Positions 38,940 to 51,949 of a DNA stretch of 64,000 nucleotides are shown piece after piece (positions within the stretch are counted from its first letter, which is position 1; each line of letters opens with the position of its first letter). The notes below the pieces were generated by a model. The model did not search any database and was not told the origin of the DNA. It was given only the letters and a program-made list of their open reading frames with translations. Origin of the DNA: Lama guanicoe (lineage: Eukaryota); assembly GCA_013239625.1 (NCBI GenBank), contig MU056000.1, forward strand, positions 8,800,970 to 8,864,969. The letters run 5' to 3'. Made by a program: the position numbers and the translations under genes.

Positions 38940-39635
38940 AAAGAAATCATTGATCACCTTACTGTGCCAAATGCTAATACGGCAGGTGCTGGAGAATAAA
39001 AGGACTCAGAAAATTAAGCAAATGATGGAATGTTATGAAAGGAGAGGTTCAGCGTTGTGGGGCTCTGCTGCAGGGATCCTGAACCTAGAATCTCGTCAGG
39101 GTAACTAGCATTCTTCTCTCTTCCCATCCCTCCAAGGAAGTGAACCTTACATCTGTAGATTAGGGAAGATGGAAGGAGAAAGAAGGTCCTAGACAGAGAG
39201 AAAACCATGTTTGGATGCAAGAAGGTATAATACACTGGAAAATGAGAGTAACACAATGATTGCCTTTGTCTCTTGAAAGAGTGGGAGGGCTCGGTGAGGG
39301 AAAGAGAATGGAATTCTCTTAGACGTCAGTGGTAAGGTCCACAGAGCCAGATTGTGTAGCTCTTTGAAAACCTTGTCAAAGTTTTGGGTTTTATTCTCAG
39401 AAGAGTAAGACATAGAAGAAAAATTATGACCAGATAGAGACCTTTAAGGAATTTCTTTTACTGCAGGTGGTAAACTGACCACAAGCCTCTGAGACTAATA
39501 AGGACAAAATGGCAGTGGTTCAAAAAAGAGATGATGAAAGCTTGGACTTTGGAGAATGAAGTGAAGAAAGCAGTCATAAATGATGCTCAGAGCTATTTAT
39601 GCTGAAAAATAAATAAGATTTGGTGATATTTGTTT
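38940..39635 (-). mobile_element. L2 fragment
   Basis: CATTGATCACCTTACTGTGCCAAATGCT...GCTGGAGAATA; AGAGCCAGATTGTGTAGCTCTTTGAAAACCTTGTCAAAGTTTTGGGTTTTATTCT. Confidence 0.75.
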
Positions 39636-40139
39636 ATTCAGTTATTCATTCATTTAACACATTCAATAATATTCATTGAATAATTATTATGTGAACAAGG
39701 TAAGTTGGAATTTATGGAGTAGTTTAGACATGTTATAAGAAATTACACATAGAATTAAAATTATTAATATATGTTAATAATTAATAATAATAAATAATAA
39801 TTGAGGGTGAATAAGCAAAATGTACATACATAATTATGTTGATTATTCGTGTACAAAAGGAAGCACTGTTATTTTTAGTCATGGTGATTTTTAACATTAA
39901 ATAATGCTACCATGATAAATCACAGTTGGCCAACACTTTAGGAACTTTTTATACCATTGATAGATTTTGCTATATCAGGATGCATTCATTGAAATATAGA
40001 CACACATTTGTGAGGTTATTGATTGAGGATACTGATTTAGCTTGGGATTGTGGAAGAAAGGCAAAATGTAATTGGTTTATGAAGAAGTACATCTGAACAC
40101 CCTGTCATTACCTTTACCTAGTAAGTAATTAAATGGAGG

Positions 40140-40575
40140 AGATATGAGAAAATGATCCATTCTTACATAAGCAATTAATGTCAATGAATATCACATATAC
40201 TAAATATTCAACATATAAAGACATTTTACAAGCAGAAACAGAAAAATCAGATCTTATATAAAACTTATGAAAATTTCCTGTAATTAAAAGCATGAGTATC
40301 AGCTATTTGAGGATAGATTTTCATATGTAACAAGAAAGCTGATGCTAGCTGTAAACATGGTTTCTAAAAAAATACTCTCAGTACAACAATGTCCATAGAC
40401 ACCCAAAAATATACTTGGTGTTATAGTTAAATGCTGCAGCAAAAATTAAAGTCCATACTTGTGAAAACTTATCAATGCAGATTTTTCATCCATAAACCCT
40501 TAATACAAAACGTGCCTTGAATTACACAAATATAAAAGTTCCCTTCAATATCATAAAAATAAATAATAAATGAAT
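40140..40575 (+). mobile_element. Decayed L1 fragment
   Basis: A-rich sequence with L1 ORF2-like motifs; very divergent. Confidence 0.4.
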
Positions 40576-41049
40576 GAATAATATAGGAGTCTTCGTTCCC
40601 CACTCTGCTAAATAAAATGGAATTCCATACATAGTACTAAATCCATGGCAGAAATAAATACCTCTTTTAATAGCTTCCTGCTGGCCAATTTCAAATTTGG
40701 TCCCTAAGTTCCTATTGAAGGAAATGACACATTTAGAATGCGATTGTCATCTATTATGGCAAATGAGTAAAAATTTTCTCATAAAAATGAAACATTTGGC
40801 GCTACAGACATAATTTTATGTCCTGGATAAAAATTTAATATTAGATAATTATGTACATGCACATGATCTTTTCATGCTTTATCTCCACTCTGGAAAATTC
40901 CTCCAACCATTCTGAGTTTATTCAGTTTCCTGTTAGCCTCCACGGTCCGGGTGAGTCCAGACCATGTGCTCTGGTCAGTCTTCCGGTTCTCAACAGGTTC
41001 TGTTCGTCTGGTCCTGTAGAAGAAATGCTTATTCAATCTTCATATAGAA

Positions 41050-41215
41050 GATAGTTAAGAGTTTTGGAATAAAAAATAGCCAGTTTTCAAAATTTACTTA
41101 CTAGCTGATGTGATTTCAATTTCTAAGCCTCATTTTATTTTGGTGTAAAATGATTGTATTGTAATTATCTTTCTGAGGATTAACTAAGACAGCATATGTG
41201 AACGGTCCTATAAAA
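41050..41215 (+). mobile_element. MIR SINE
   Basis: AGTTAAGAGTTTTGGAAT...ACTTACTAGCTGATGTGA...TCTAAGCCTCATTTT...TGTAAAATG...TGAGGATTAA. Confidence 0.75.
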
Positions 41216-41369
41216 TATAAATTAGATTTTCTTCCTCTTTGTTTAAGAGGTGTGTTAGACACTGTCTGAGGCTCTGAGCATTTATAAGAAACAGCTTGAC
41301 ACCTCCTGAAGCTCACATGCTTTGTACACAAAGAACAGGTGACGCCTCTGGTGTTATTCTTGCCCCAAG

Positions 41370-42870
41370 TCCCTGCTGGTTCATACTTTCCTTCTGTCTT
41401 AGATGTTGGGTTCCTCAGAGCTCATTCCTAGTCTCTGGCTCTTCCCTCTCTGCACCCTCACAAGCCTTTGCATTCTCAAGTCTTTCATTAACCTGGAAAT
41501 GTTAGCAGACTCTTAAATTTCTACTCATACCCCAGAATTGTCTTTCAAACACTGACTTTATATGACCAATACACTATTTGACATTTGAACTTAGATAAAT
41601 CACAGACAGCTCAGAGCTACGTTTTCAGAAGCCTTGATACTCCCTCCCCAATTCGATTTTCCCTCCTGCTTCCCACTTTTGGTAAATGACACTGCTATCT
41701 ACCAAGTGCCTTGGTCCAGAAACTTTGCCCCTTCTTCCTTCTTCTCTTCCTATTAGCATTCCACATCAGAACCTACAGGCAAGCCAATCTTCTTCCCAAA
41801 TTATGGTTGGAATATCTTCAGTTATCATCACTTTTCCTACTACAACTTGAATACAAACCAGTGTTATCTTTCACCTTTAGTATTGTGGGAGCTTTCTGAT
41901 TTTATTCTTCTTCTATTGGTCCTCTCAACTCTAAAATCCTAAAAATAACAAGAGAAATCTTTTGCAAATGTAAGTTCGATCAGGCAACGATCCCCTATTC
42001 AAAAGGATTTCCTAAATTTAAATAAAATCCAGGCTGTATTACATGACATACACAAATGTGTATAACTCAGTCTCTGTGTTCCTCTGCAGACTCACTTTCT
42101 ATCACCTATTTATGTAATCAGCATTCTTCAGTTTCTTGGGTCCTCTCTCTTTTGCTTCTTCAACTTCATAAGTCTTCCTCATTCTTTGGTTTTATCATAC
42201 ATATTTCTTCAGGGAGATCTACACACAAATGAAATAACCCTCATTAGAGGTATGGTAGATTGATGTGCAATATCCTTTTCAACCTTCTTCTAGTGTCCTT
42301 TCATTTAAGGTAGAAAAAGGAAAACCACAAATAATATTTTCCAAACTCTGCATTCCTAAGGTTGGGCATGAGAGATGAGTCTTAGCTAATGGGATCTAAG
42401 TGGAGGGGATGTTTGAGCCTTTGGGTGGTATTAAGATGCAGTAATGAGCCATTCTGGAAAATGCGGATGAAATGAATCCCCTAGGGATGGTGGAATAACA
42501 AAATGGAGGATTTGGTCTCTGAAAATGTGTGGCTGGTGCCTACCTTTTTTTCAGCTGTTATGTGAGAAAGGAGTGGGTATTTTTTTCCTCCATGAAACCA
42601 CTGTTACCTGGGGGTTCTGTTAAAGCATTTGGCTTTATTCGTGCAGCCTTACTATTCTTTATCTCTGGGTTTTGTTTACTTCCTTCACATTTCTTAATTA
42701 TTAGCTTATTTGCTTGTCAGATATGTGTCACCTCTACTAGACCGACGGCAAAACAGAGGAGGGCGGGAGCTTCCATGGCTTTGCTGGTTATTGGATAGCC
42801 CGGGTCTGTTTCAGCCCTTGGTTCACAGTAGCCTTGCAATACATATTGGTGAGTGTATAGATGAATTAGA
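41370..42870 (+). mobile_element. L2 LINE 3' portion, interrupted by an MLT1 LTR
   Basis: TTAGATGTTGGGTTCCTCAGAGCTC...CAGACTCTTAAATTTCTA...GGTAAATGACAC; tail CACAGTAGCCTTGCAATACATATTGGTGAGTGTATAGATGAAT. Confidence 0.8.
42250..42645 (+). mobile_element. MaLR solo LTR (MLT1I/J-like)
   Basis: TAGCTAATGGGATCTAAGTGGAGG...GGATGGTGGAATAACAAAATGGAGG...TTATGTGAGAAA...AAACCACTGTTAC...GGTTCTGTTA. Confidence 0.65.
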
Positions 42871-42934
42871 ATAGAAACATTATTGGATTGAGTAAATCTT
42901 TTGGAACTATTCCTCACATGATTTCTTTATGTTA

Positions 42935-43060
42935 AACTCCCAGGAATCCCCAAGGGAGCTTAATTCCGATGTAGCTGATTGGGCCTTGGATGGGTGCAGC
43001 TGGGTATTGGGAGCTTCCTGAATGATTCCAAAGCACAGCCAAAGTTAAAGAAGACTCTCA
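42935..43060. mobile_element. MER5-like hAT-Charlie MITE fragment
   Basis: GCTTCCTGAATGATTCCAAAGCACAGCCAAAGTTAAAGAAGACT resembles a MER5 terminus. Confidence 0.55.
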
Positions 43061-46000
43061 TGATGGTTTTCTCAAGGAAAATACAGCCCCCCATTAAAAT
43101 AATAAGGCATTGTTTGACAAGATATTTTGAAATCTAACATGAAATGATCTGTCTGATATTTTGATTGGTTCATTGACCTAATGTATGGGCAGCAAGACCA
43201 AGGAAAGAGAAAATTAATCTACAGAGAGATAATGTCATCCTGCTGAGTCCAATTGTAGCTAGTAAGATCAGACATAAAAATAAAGCCTGGGAAAGGACTC
43301 AGAGGAATAACACGGGTCACAGAACTCCACAACTGATGTCATCTTGGATGTGCTGTTTGTCTGGCCTTGACAAGAAAACATTCTGTCAACACTGCAATCC
43401 CCTCACCAACGATCTGCGTCCTCGCTGCATTGTCTGTTAGTGGCCAGCACATTAAGATACTTATCAGCAACTACACCAAAGGCTCTGGTGTTTGTTTTTT
43501 TTTTTTAAGTTTAAATATATTTGATTTACAATATTATGTTATTAACAGTTTGAGACAAGAATTACTGACCACACTACACAATGCAATAATACTTTTTCTA
43601 AGTAGTTAATAAGCAAACACACTTAGACCTAATATGTACCAGATCATCGTCTACAGGGTTCCATAAATACAGAGGTTTGTTGGAACTTCAGGGCAGGTTT
43701 GGCTATGGAAATAGTTTCTAACCTGGCCCTCTTTGGATTTTCCTGTACTTTCATATTTATGATTCAAATAGAATGTCAGTATTTTCCTGCCTCCAAAGCT
43801 ATGACATTCCGTTCATCTGCACAGAGTAATTGTCTCGGCCCCTTTAACTAACTGCTGCTCTGTGCTAATGATACAGGACTACTTTTTCCCTCCTGTACCT
43901 TCCTGTGTAATATCAGAACTCAAGGAGGTGACCCCCTTCCAATGTGTGTTCTACAAAACTCTTTGCTGTGACTGCTTACGATGGTTTCTTTCTTTCTTCT
44001 TTGGAATAGTGGGAGCAGTTGAAAAAAACAATTGTGCCTTTTTGAGAGAAGAGAAGCACCTCTTGTCGGCTAGCAGAGGGACATACGCAGTATGTTACAG
44101 AACTCAGTGATCATGCTTCTCCGCGTGCAACACTGGTGGCTCCTCCTTCAGCGATAGCCTACATTTAACACTAGCTTTTATTACTATTTTTGATTATATG
44201 AGTAAAAGAATTAAATTATATACATTGCATCACAGAACTAGAGATACCTGGATATTTCACAATAAAGGGTTAGCAATATTTACTGAGTGATAGTAGCCAA
44301 CAACAGAGTTATGGATGTTAAAATTTTATATTGAAGTTTTACAACTTTCATTATGATTATACAAACATAAGAAAACAAGCTACTTTCCCCCACTACCTTT
44401 CAAAATGAAATAGCAAATCCTTTCCTAGAAAAAAGAATGAATTAACTGCTGAAGAAGTCAGAATCAGGTATTTGCAAATCATAGGTAAAATGATCCTTAT
44501 AATTACTCATAGATCAGGAGTAGCAGGTGGCCCACGCATGCTTTGTACCAAAGGAAAAAATGGCACCATTTCTATAGGTGTAACCAATGGTTGATTCTCA
44601 TGTATGTTTGCAGTCTATTACATTTGTATAATTTACAAATATATTATATATTTATTAAAAATATGTGTATATTATATCTACATACATTTTTATAAACACA
44701 AATTATTACCTTGAATAAATAAGTTTTTGAATGTTAAATTATTTTCAAAACTATAAGAATCTTGGACAACTTTAAAAACAAATAAGAACTTGATATTTAT
44801 AATATTATAATTGTATATTTGCACATAATATATTCATACTATAATTAGCTATATGCTAAGCTATAGTTTCAAGTACAATCACTGGGTGATTGGCATCATG
44901 GAATAAATACATAGAAGTTTAACAATCCTAAATTTATTGAGTTTATTCCATTTCTTTAATTCTCATAAGATAACATAAAGTACACGTATGAACTTTGAAG
45001 TCACAATGATGACCCAAACGCAAACACTGTTCTTGCAAGTTTCAAGGATAAAGTAAATAAACTTAATTTGTGTCAACAAAACACACTGTGATTTTTATAT
45101 AACAAGAAAAACATTTACAATTCTTAATGTATGAACATGTAAAACATGACTCCACAAATGCTATATACATGAGATACATGTTGTTTTTCCTGATTTTATG
45201 GCCCATATATGTGTCTACTGAACTATATCTTTGTGAGACTCAGTGAAAAAATTTATTGCATTGAGTTTGATGATGAGAAGTCAAGAGAAATCCATGGATC
45301 TACAGTATCAAGACTAAATTTAATAAGTACTTATCATGCAACCAAATATACAAATGAAAATCAAGTATTTGGAACTAGACTGTGTGCCTTGGTATCACCG
45401 GTTCAGGCCATAGGAAAGATAAAACTTCAACCTTTGGTAAACCTTTCATTTTTAACACTATGCAGACTAATTATCATATAAATTTTGAAAGAAATCCCCA
45501 TGGCCCTCCTAAAAATAGTTCTGGATTTTCAGAAGTGAAGCATTTGTGAAGGTTCTCACCTCTCAATATGTCTAATTAGCTTTCCTTGTGCATTGAGACC
45601 TAGAAGTTTCTTTCAAGATTCAAAGCTAAAGTTAGAAACTTAATTTCAAGTGATTTCAAAACCTGGCCTGATAGCACTTTGATTTTTCAATATAAAATGA
45701 AATGCTTGAGAAACTATAGGCAAATTATCACGTTAAAGTAGAGGCATCTGTCAGTGGTTCAGACCTTTTAAAACACTTCTGCTGCAAGCTGTTAAAATTG
45801 TAGCAGATAACTCCGAATTCTCATTTTCATGTTTTTGAATTTTTTATTACTTGCACTACAATATTACATTACTTACAACATTTTTACCTTAATATATATG
45901 AAAGAAATACATACATATTGAAGTTGAAACTACATTTAGGGAGATGTCTCTGAAGTATTTACATCTAATTTTGCTTTAAAATCAGGTCTATTCTGAACTC

Positions 46001-46089
46001 TAGAAGAATGTTGCTCTTGCACTTAGTATCACTTATCCATGGCTAGAAAAACCTTAACCCATTCACAACTTCTTACAATTTCTGAAAAA

Positions 46090-46186
46090 AATATTACTTA
46101 ATATATATAATACAAAAAAATTCTTCATCTGAAGTTAGTTTAACTGGGCATCCTGCAATTTTCTTTGCTAAATCTGTCAACTCCAT
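46090..46186. mobile_element. MER53-like hAT MITE half
   Basis: ATCTGAAGTTAGTTTAACTGGGCATCCTGCAATTTTCTTTGCTAAATCTGTCAACTC matches a MER53 terminal arm as recalled. Confidence 0.7.
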
Positions 46187-46319
46187 GATAGGGAAACTTT
46201 GGAAGCAACTTAAATGTTCATCAATGTATATCTTCATATGGCAAATGTAACACAGTACATATACATATACACATACACAATGCATATACAATACATATAT
46301 AGCAAATATAACGCAACAC

Positions 46320-46421
46320 ATATCAGCTACTCTTCCAAGTACTTTCCAAATTGCTCTGAGAAATTTCTTGTACATTTAATCCTATTCTAGTGTCTGCTTC
46401 TTGGATGATCCAAATGAACAC
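46320..46421 (+). mobile_element. ERVL LTR 3' end fragment (LTR16/LTR33-like)
   Basis: TTCTTGTACATTTAATCCTATTCTAGTGTCTGCTTCTTGGATGATCCAAATGAACA. Confidence 0.55.
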
Positions 46422-46839
46422 TGAGAGTACACTGGTCCAGGTGGTCTAGAATGTTACTGGTGACAGACGTGATGTTGGTGACCCTTCTTAAGCTATGAAA
46501 TGACTATGGCCATATAGGTACACCTTAGAATTCTTGAACAATACAACTCTGTCTTCAAAGATAGTGATTTTTTTAAATCATTTCTCCCTGTGATAATAAT
46601 TTATCCACTGGGGAAATAAACTGGAATTAGCAGAGCATATTTCCACTTGGTTTGGGCATTCTACCAGTGATTTATAAATTATATATCATATGCCTTGATA
46701 TTTATGTCATGAGATTTTATGCTTGTCATCCTTACTAATCATCTCAGATGTAAAATGAGGAAGCAAGAAGGCAGAATAGACGGCAAAGGCAAAAGCAGCA
46801 ACCAGGTTTTCTTCACTCTTCTTGGGTATCGATAGACTT

Positions 46840-46858
46840 CCAACACTAGGGGGCAGTA
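46840..46858 (+). promoter_or_regulatory. Candidate CTCF binding site
   Basis: CCAACACTAGGGGGCAGTA matches the core CCASYAGRKGGCRS at all but the first C. Confidence 0.5.
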
Positions 46859-46900
46859 CGGCGGTGTCAGTGGTTTACACAGACATTTCAAATGGCTCAA

Positions 46901-47322
46901 GCGAAGGATGAAATCTTGCCATTCACAACAATGTAGATAGATCTAGAAGGTATTATGCTGCGTAAAATAATTCATACAAAAATAAATGCCTTATAATCTC
47001 AAACAAACAAAACAAAATGAAAATAGACTCACAGATACAGAGAACAAATGAGTGGTTGCTGGAGGAGAGGGGAAGGTGATGTGAAATAGGTGAAGAGGAT
47101 TAAGAGGTACAAACTTCCAGTTATAAAATAAATAAGCCATGGAGATGAAATACACAGAGTAAAAAATATACTCCATAATACTGTGATAACTTTATATGGC
47201 ATCAGGCGGTTATTAGACTTACCGTGGTGATCATTTTATGAGGCATGCAAATGTCAAATCACTATGTTGAACACCTGAAACTAACATAATATTGTACATT
47301 AACTATATTTCAATTAATAAAA
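46901..47322 (+). mobile_element. L1 3' end (L1MA9/laurasiatherian-like)
   Basis: GAAATCTTGCCATTCACAACAATG...AGACTCACAGATACAGAGAACAAA...GGTACAAACTTCCAGTTATAAAATAAATAAG...ACACCTGAAACTAACATAATATTGT...AATAAAA. Confidence 0.9.
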
Positions 47323-47609
47323 GAGAGAGTTTTACCAGCAGATGGCCAAGGAAACTATTTTCAGGTTTAATTTAACTATAGATTAATTATTATTTCATGT
47401 TATCTGGTGTTGAAAACTTAATACATTTGAAAAAAGTACTCTTTTGAATGATTCTGTCATTTGGAATTATGGAGTTTTATTTAATAATTTAAAAAAATTA
47501 TTAATTGATTATAAGCCTTGAAAGAGGGAATTTTCTTTGATCTTTGACCAAGAATTAACATAAGGTATAGATTTACTTTTTTAAAAAATCATCTTTTCTT
47601 TAACTATAA

Positions 47610-47836
47610 AGTATAATTATAGAATTCAATTATATGACATTTTTTAGAAGGCAAAATTATTAGACTAGAGGACAGATCTGGTTTTTAGGGAATAGAGGGA
47701 GAAGAAACTTTGCAAGTATGAAACTGTTCTGTACTCTAATTGTGATGGTTAATGCATACTATGAATTTTCAAAACCTATAAAATGGATACTAGAAAGTAG
47801 ATTTTACACTATACAAGTTAAAAATAAATAAAAAAG
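47610..47836 (+). mobile_element. L1MC/MD-like 3' end
   Basis: ATTCAATTATATGACATT...AGGCAAAATTAT...GAAACTGTTCTGTA...AATTGTGATGGT...AAAAATAAATAAAAAA. Confidence 0.75.
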
Positions 47837-47839
47837 TAA

Positions 47840-47934
47840 ACAGATTATGGAAAGAGAATATCAGCCAAGAATTGATCTATCGAAAAGCAAAAAAAAAAAA
47901 AAAAAGAAAAAAAAAAAAAAAAAAAAAAACAAAA

Positions 47935-47966
<32 letters not shown>

Positions 47967-48890
47967 GGATACATAGGAACTGAAAAATAACCAATTTTTT
48001 TAAATGGAAAGAAGTAGAATGAATATAAAATAATTGAGATACATTACAAAACTCTGAAGATTTGGAATAATATAAAAGATGAACATATGAAGAATAAACA
48101 AAGCTAAAAAAAAGGAAACAGATAAGAAATATCCCAATAAAATGAAATCAAGACTGAAACAAACAGACATCCACATCCATCCACAAACAAATTGACAGTT
48201 AAGATAATACTATAAACAAGTATATGCAAAATAATTGAATTAGGAAAAAGGAAAAATTTCTAAAATGTTGTAACTAAAAATTACTCGTTACCCAGATTAA
48301 ATACTAAACATGATTAGAACACTAAACATTACATAAATTTGATTGCTACTCAAGCCTCATCACTTTCAAGGCACAAAATCTAGATACTTCACAGATGTTT
48401 AACTTAAACTTTACAAAAAGGTATCATAGCATCAAAAAAAAATCTCTTCTAGAAATTAGAAAAGCAGTAATTCTATCTAATTCACTTTCTAAAGCTAGTA
48501 ATGTCAAAATCAAAACCATGCTATTAAAATTCAGTTAAAATAAATATTATAAGTTAACCTCATTTTGCTTAGATGTAAAAAATTCTGAACAAATTATGAG
48601 CAAATCAAATAAGGTATTTCTAAAACAAAATATCATGAGTGTTATGGTTTATTTTAGCCTTGCAAGTATGCTTTAATGTTAGATAATCATAAACTATCAG
48701 ACTAAAGAAGCAAGAACAAGTGATCCATAATAAAATGCCATATCATGAGTAATGTTGGAAAAAAATCTTTACCTTGGAACAGAATGAAATTTCATTAAAT
48801 AGGTAAATGTTATCTCTCAAAATCTAACAGCAAACAATGATGTAACCATTCACAAAAATTAACCAAATATTGGAAATAAAACAAAAGAAT
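47840..48890 (+). mobile_element. Decayed L1 ORF2 fragment
   Basis: TATAAACAAGTATATGCAAAA, CTAATTCACTTTCTAAAGCTAGTA, AGATGTAAAAAATTCTGAACAAATTATGAGCAAATCAAAT resemble the L1 RT region. Confidence 0.7.
47889..47965 (+). repeat. Interrupted poly(A) tract (A17-G-A23-CAAAATTTTT-A26)
   Basis: Counted directly from the sequence. Confidence 0.95.
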
Positions 48891-49361
48891 AGCTGTGAAT
48901 CCTTTCAATTCCATTGGCTTACCCTAAGATTATGTTATTATCAAGAATACACCTGTGTTTGACAGTCATTTATTAGAGCCTAGGTACTGTGAAATTCCAT
49001 GTTCACTTGTAAGTTACTGTCTATAGAAAAGATAGTCCCCCAAATTATAATGTTTTCCCTGTAGGATGTTAACAAGTTTTGTTTCTACTTGTAAATTCAT
49101 TTTAGTCTTCCTTCGTTATATATATTTACCTAGGATACCTAGGATCCTGACTTACCATTTGACAGATTTTCTCATTAACTGATGAATAAAAATTTTGACA
49201 CATTTATTTATATTTGTATGAGTGCTGTGTTTTTAATTTTGAAAATTATGCTTTATCATAACTTAAACAGAAACCTGAGAGACATACACATTAAACTGTG
49301 GAATAATGTATGCTCACTGCCATCACTTTTTTTTGTTATTCCAGTTTCCTTGTGTTCTTTT

Positions 49362-49435
49362 CTTTTTTAAAATTTGCTTTTTTATTCAAGTATAGTTGGT
49401 TTACAATGTTGTATTAATTTCTGGTGTACAGCATC
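49362..49435 (-). mobile_element. Very short L1 3' end
   Basis: TTTTTTATTCAAGTATAGTTGGTTTACAATGTTGTATTAATTTCTGGTGTACAGCAT. Confidence 0.8.
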
Positions 49436-49929
49436 ACTTTTATTACACAAGATTAAGCTGTGAGTTTACATTTTGTTCACTTACAAAGAAATATATATAC
49501 AAGAAAAGAAACAGAAATGAAAATTGGAAAAGAGGGTATGGAAGTCTCTGCTTTGCAGTATACTATCCTCCAAGTACATGAGAAATGAATACTTTAACTC
49601 AATGAATAATTATTATGTCTTCATAACATGCAAGCCACAACCATGAGGTTTCATCCAGAGTATTTCTCTATGAACAGTGACTTTAAAAAAATGGAATAGC
49701 TTACATGTTTTATGATACGTTTTGAAACAAGTGATGATATAATTTGACAAATTTCATTTAGCTTTTTTAGTAGAAAGGGACCAATTAAATGTGGATGCTT
49801 TTGTCATCCCTTAATTCATGCTACAGGTGCTTATTAAACACTCTGCACCAGGCACTTGCCGTCAATGTGGTGGTCAACTCTAGGTAGCTCATCTGACCAC
49901 CCAGGGAAAGACTGCCAGATGGATTAAGA

Positions 49930-50260
49930 CTTCAAAAACACCTGAAAACCACTGAACATCTCTATGCGTCCTAAAAACTTGACTTGCAGTGCTTCCTGTC
50001 TAAGAAGAATTGGTAAAATCACCACCCCAGGACGTCAGAACTGCATCCTAGAAATCATGTTTGACTCGTCCATCTCCACCTTCCTTCACCATCATTCACC
50101 CTCTCAATGTTTCTCATATTTTTTCACTTTTCTACCATCCTTGCTTCTTCAGCTGTAATCAGGACAACTAATTGGGTTCTAATAAAAAGCTGGACACAGA
50201 GCCATTGGAGGGTCTTTTAAAAAGTAAATATCTTGTGCTATTACCTTACCACAAAACACA
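49930..50260 (+). mobile_element. L2 fragment
   Basis: TGGTAAAATCACCACCCCAG...CTAGAAATCATGTTTGACTC...GAGGGTCTTTTAAAAAGTAAATATC. Confidence 0.6.
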
Positions 50261-50379
50261 ACACAGCAAAACCCCGAACAAGCAGAAAAAAACAAAACCA
50301 AAACCCCAGAATGTATCAATATGTACAATAATAGTGATAATAAATTAAAACATGCAGTTTTCTCATATTTTTTTCTATC

Positions 50380-50610
50380 TCATACTACCCAAAGTGTGGC
50401 CCATGGGCTATTTTTTTGCCCTCAAAATATTTATTAATCAGTTAAACTGAATAAGTAAACAGAAATTAAGAGTAAGAGTTTAGAAGCTGTAAAGCAATTT
50501 GATATTACCATGACAATTTATTTTATTTTACCAAACTATCCTGCTGGACAGATTAGAAAAAAAAAGTTTTTAAACAGTATTTCACCAAAAAGATTTCAAG
50601 AAGCATTTTC
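50380..50610. mobile_element. hAT-Charlie MITE (MER112/MER119-like)
   Basis: CTACCCAAAGTGTGGCCCATGG...AAGTAAACAGAAATTAAGAGTAAG...AGCAATTTGATATTACCA...AGAAGCATT. Confidence 0.65.
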
Positions 50611-51006
50611 TAGCTAATAGAATGACTAAAATTATGAAGTTAGAACATACGAAAAATTGCCAGTTTAATATGTTTTATAAACTAGCTATTCAGTAAATAT
50701 TGTGCCTCACATTCTCATATTACATGTAGTAAAATTAACAGCTTTGAGTGTCCCATTTTTGGAAGTAGGGAAAAACTAGATAACCACTAGTCAAGTAAGA
50801 ATTCTCAAAGTGTATTGGAGACAGGCTTATATAATCTCCAAGTTTCCCTCCTACTCAGTCTTTCTGTGTACAAAAACATCAGGTCTAGGCATTATTTTCA
50901 TTATTTTTCTTACATTTCTTTTCAAATGATAAAATTTTCTTTTTACATTACTTAGATTCATATACATGGAGACTGCATATTTTAGCTTTAGTGGTAGAAT
51001 AAGGGG

Positions 51007-51052
51007 TTTTGTTTGTTTGTTTGTTTATTTTTTGTTTTTGTTTTTGTTTTTG
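51007..51052. repeat. Compound (TTTG)n/(TTTTTG)n microsatellite
   Basis: Read directly from the sequence. Confidence 0.9.
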
Positions 51053-51949
51053 CCAGCAAGGGCAAAAATGATTTGACATTTCTGTGTTCTCAGTATACTG
51101 ACCCAATTGTTTTCACTTTTCTAACGAGAAAACCTACAGGTAAGATTGTTAGGTCAGCTTGATTTATAATATAGATGCCTGTTCCCTGCAACAAGAGGAG
51201 ACATGGGTCAGGGAACCAATTATTTCACCCTCTCCTCTTCCTAACTGTCAGACAACAGAAATTTCTGACCTCTAATAAGAAAATATACCTTTAGCTCCAA
51301 CCCTGTTTGCTGTACACAATCAGATACACTTCAATAAAAAATAAACTCCATTCCCTTAAGAAATTAACATTTTTATAACAATAATAAAAATAAAATATTT
51401 TAAACGCAAAAAACTTTAAATATAAAAAAAGAAAATACACATTTAACCAGTGTTTTTTTTAGGGAATAATTTATAATAGGTTTCATCTTTGGTTTATTGT
51501 TTTCCAGAGGCTTCTATTTTCTCATTACTTTCTCACAATTTTATTCGAAGTTACTATTGTTGCTTTAAGCCCGAATGTATTTGTTTTTCCTCACTGTTTC
51601 GAAAATGGGTCCAGCTACTGCCCCTGTACCAGAAACAAGAATGAAATAGATAATCAGTGTAGTGTTTTTTTATTGCCCCAGTGGGATTTCTTTCCTGATT
51701 AAAAATTAAAGGTGGCAATAAGATTTTTAAATTTCCTTTTAATTTTGAAAATATTTCTCTGTACTGGAAATCTGTCATAATGAGCAGGCATGGCCATTAA
51801 CTATTATTATAAATGAACTACTTTACAGTAATTGAAACAGCAGTGAGGTGTAGAGGGCTAAGCTCATGTCACTTGCTCTGAGGGGAGTCATGTTTTACCT
51901 GTTAGGCAAAGTTTTTTGATATGGACTTATACTGATATCTGTGCATATC

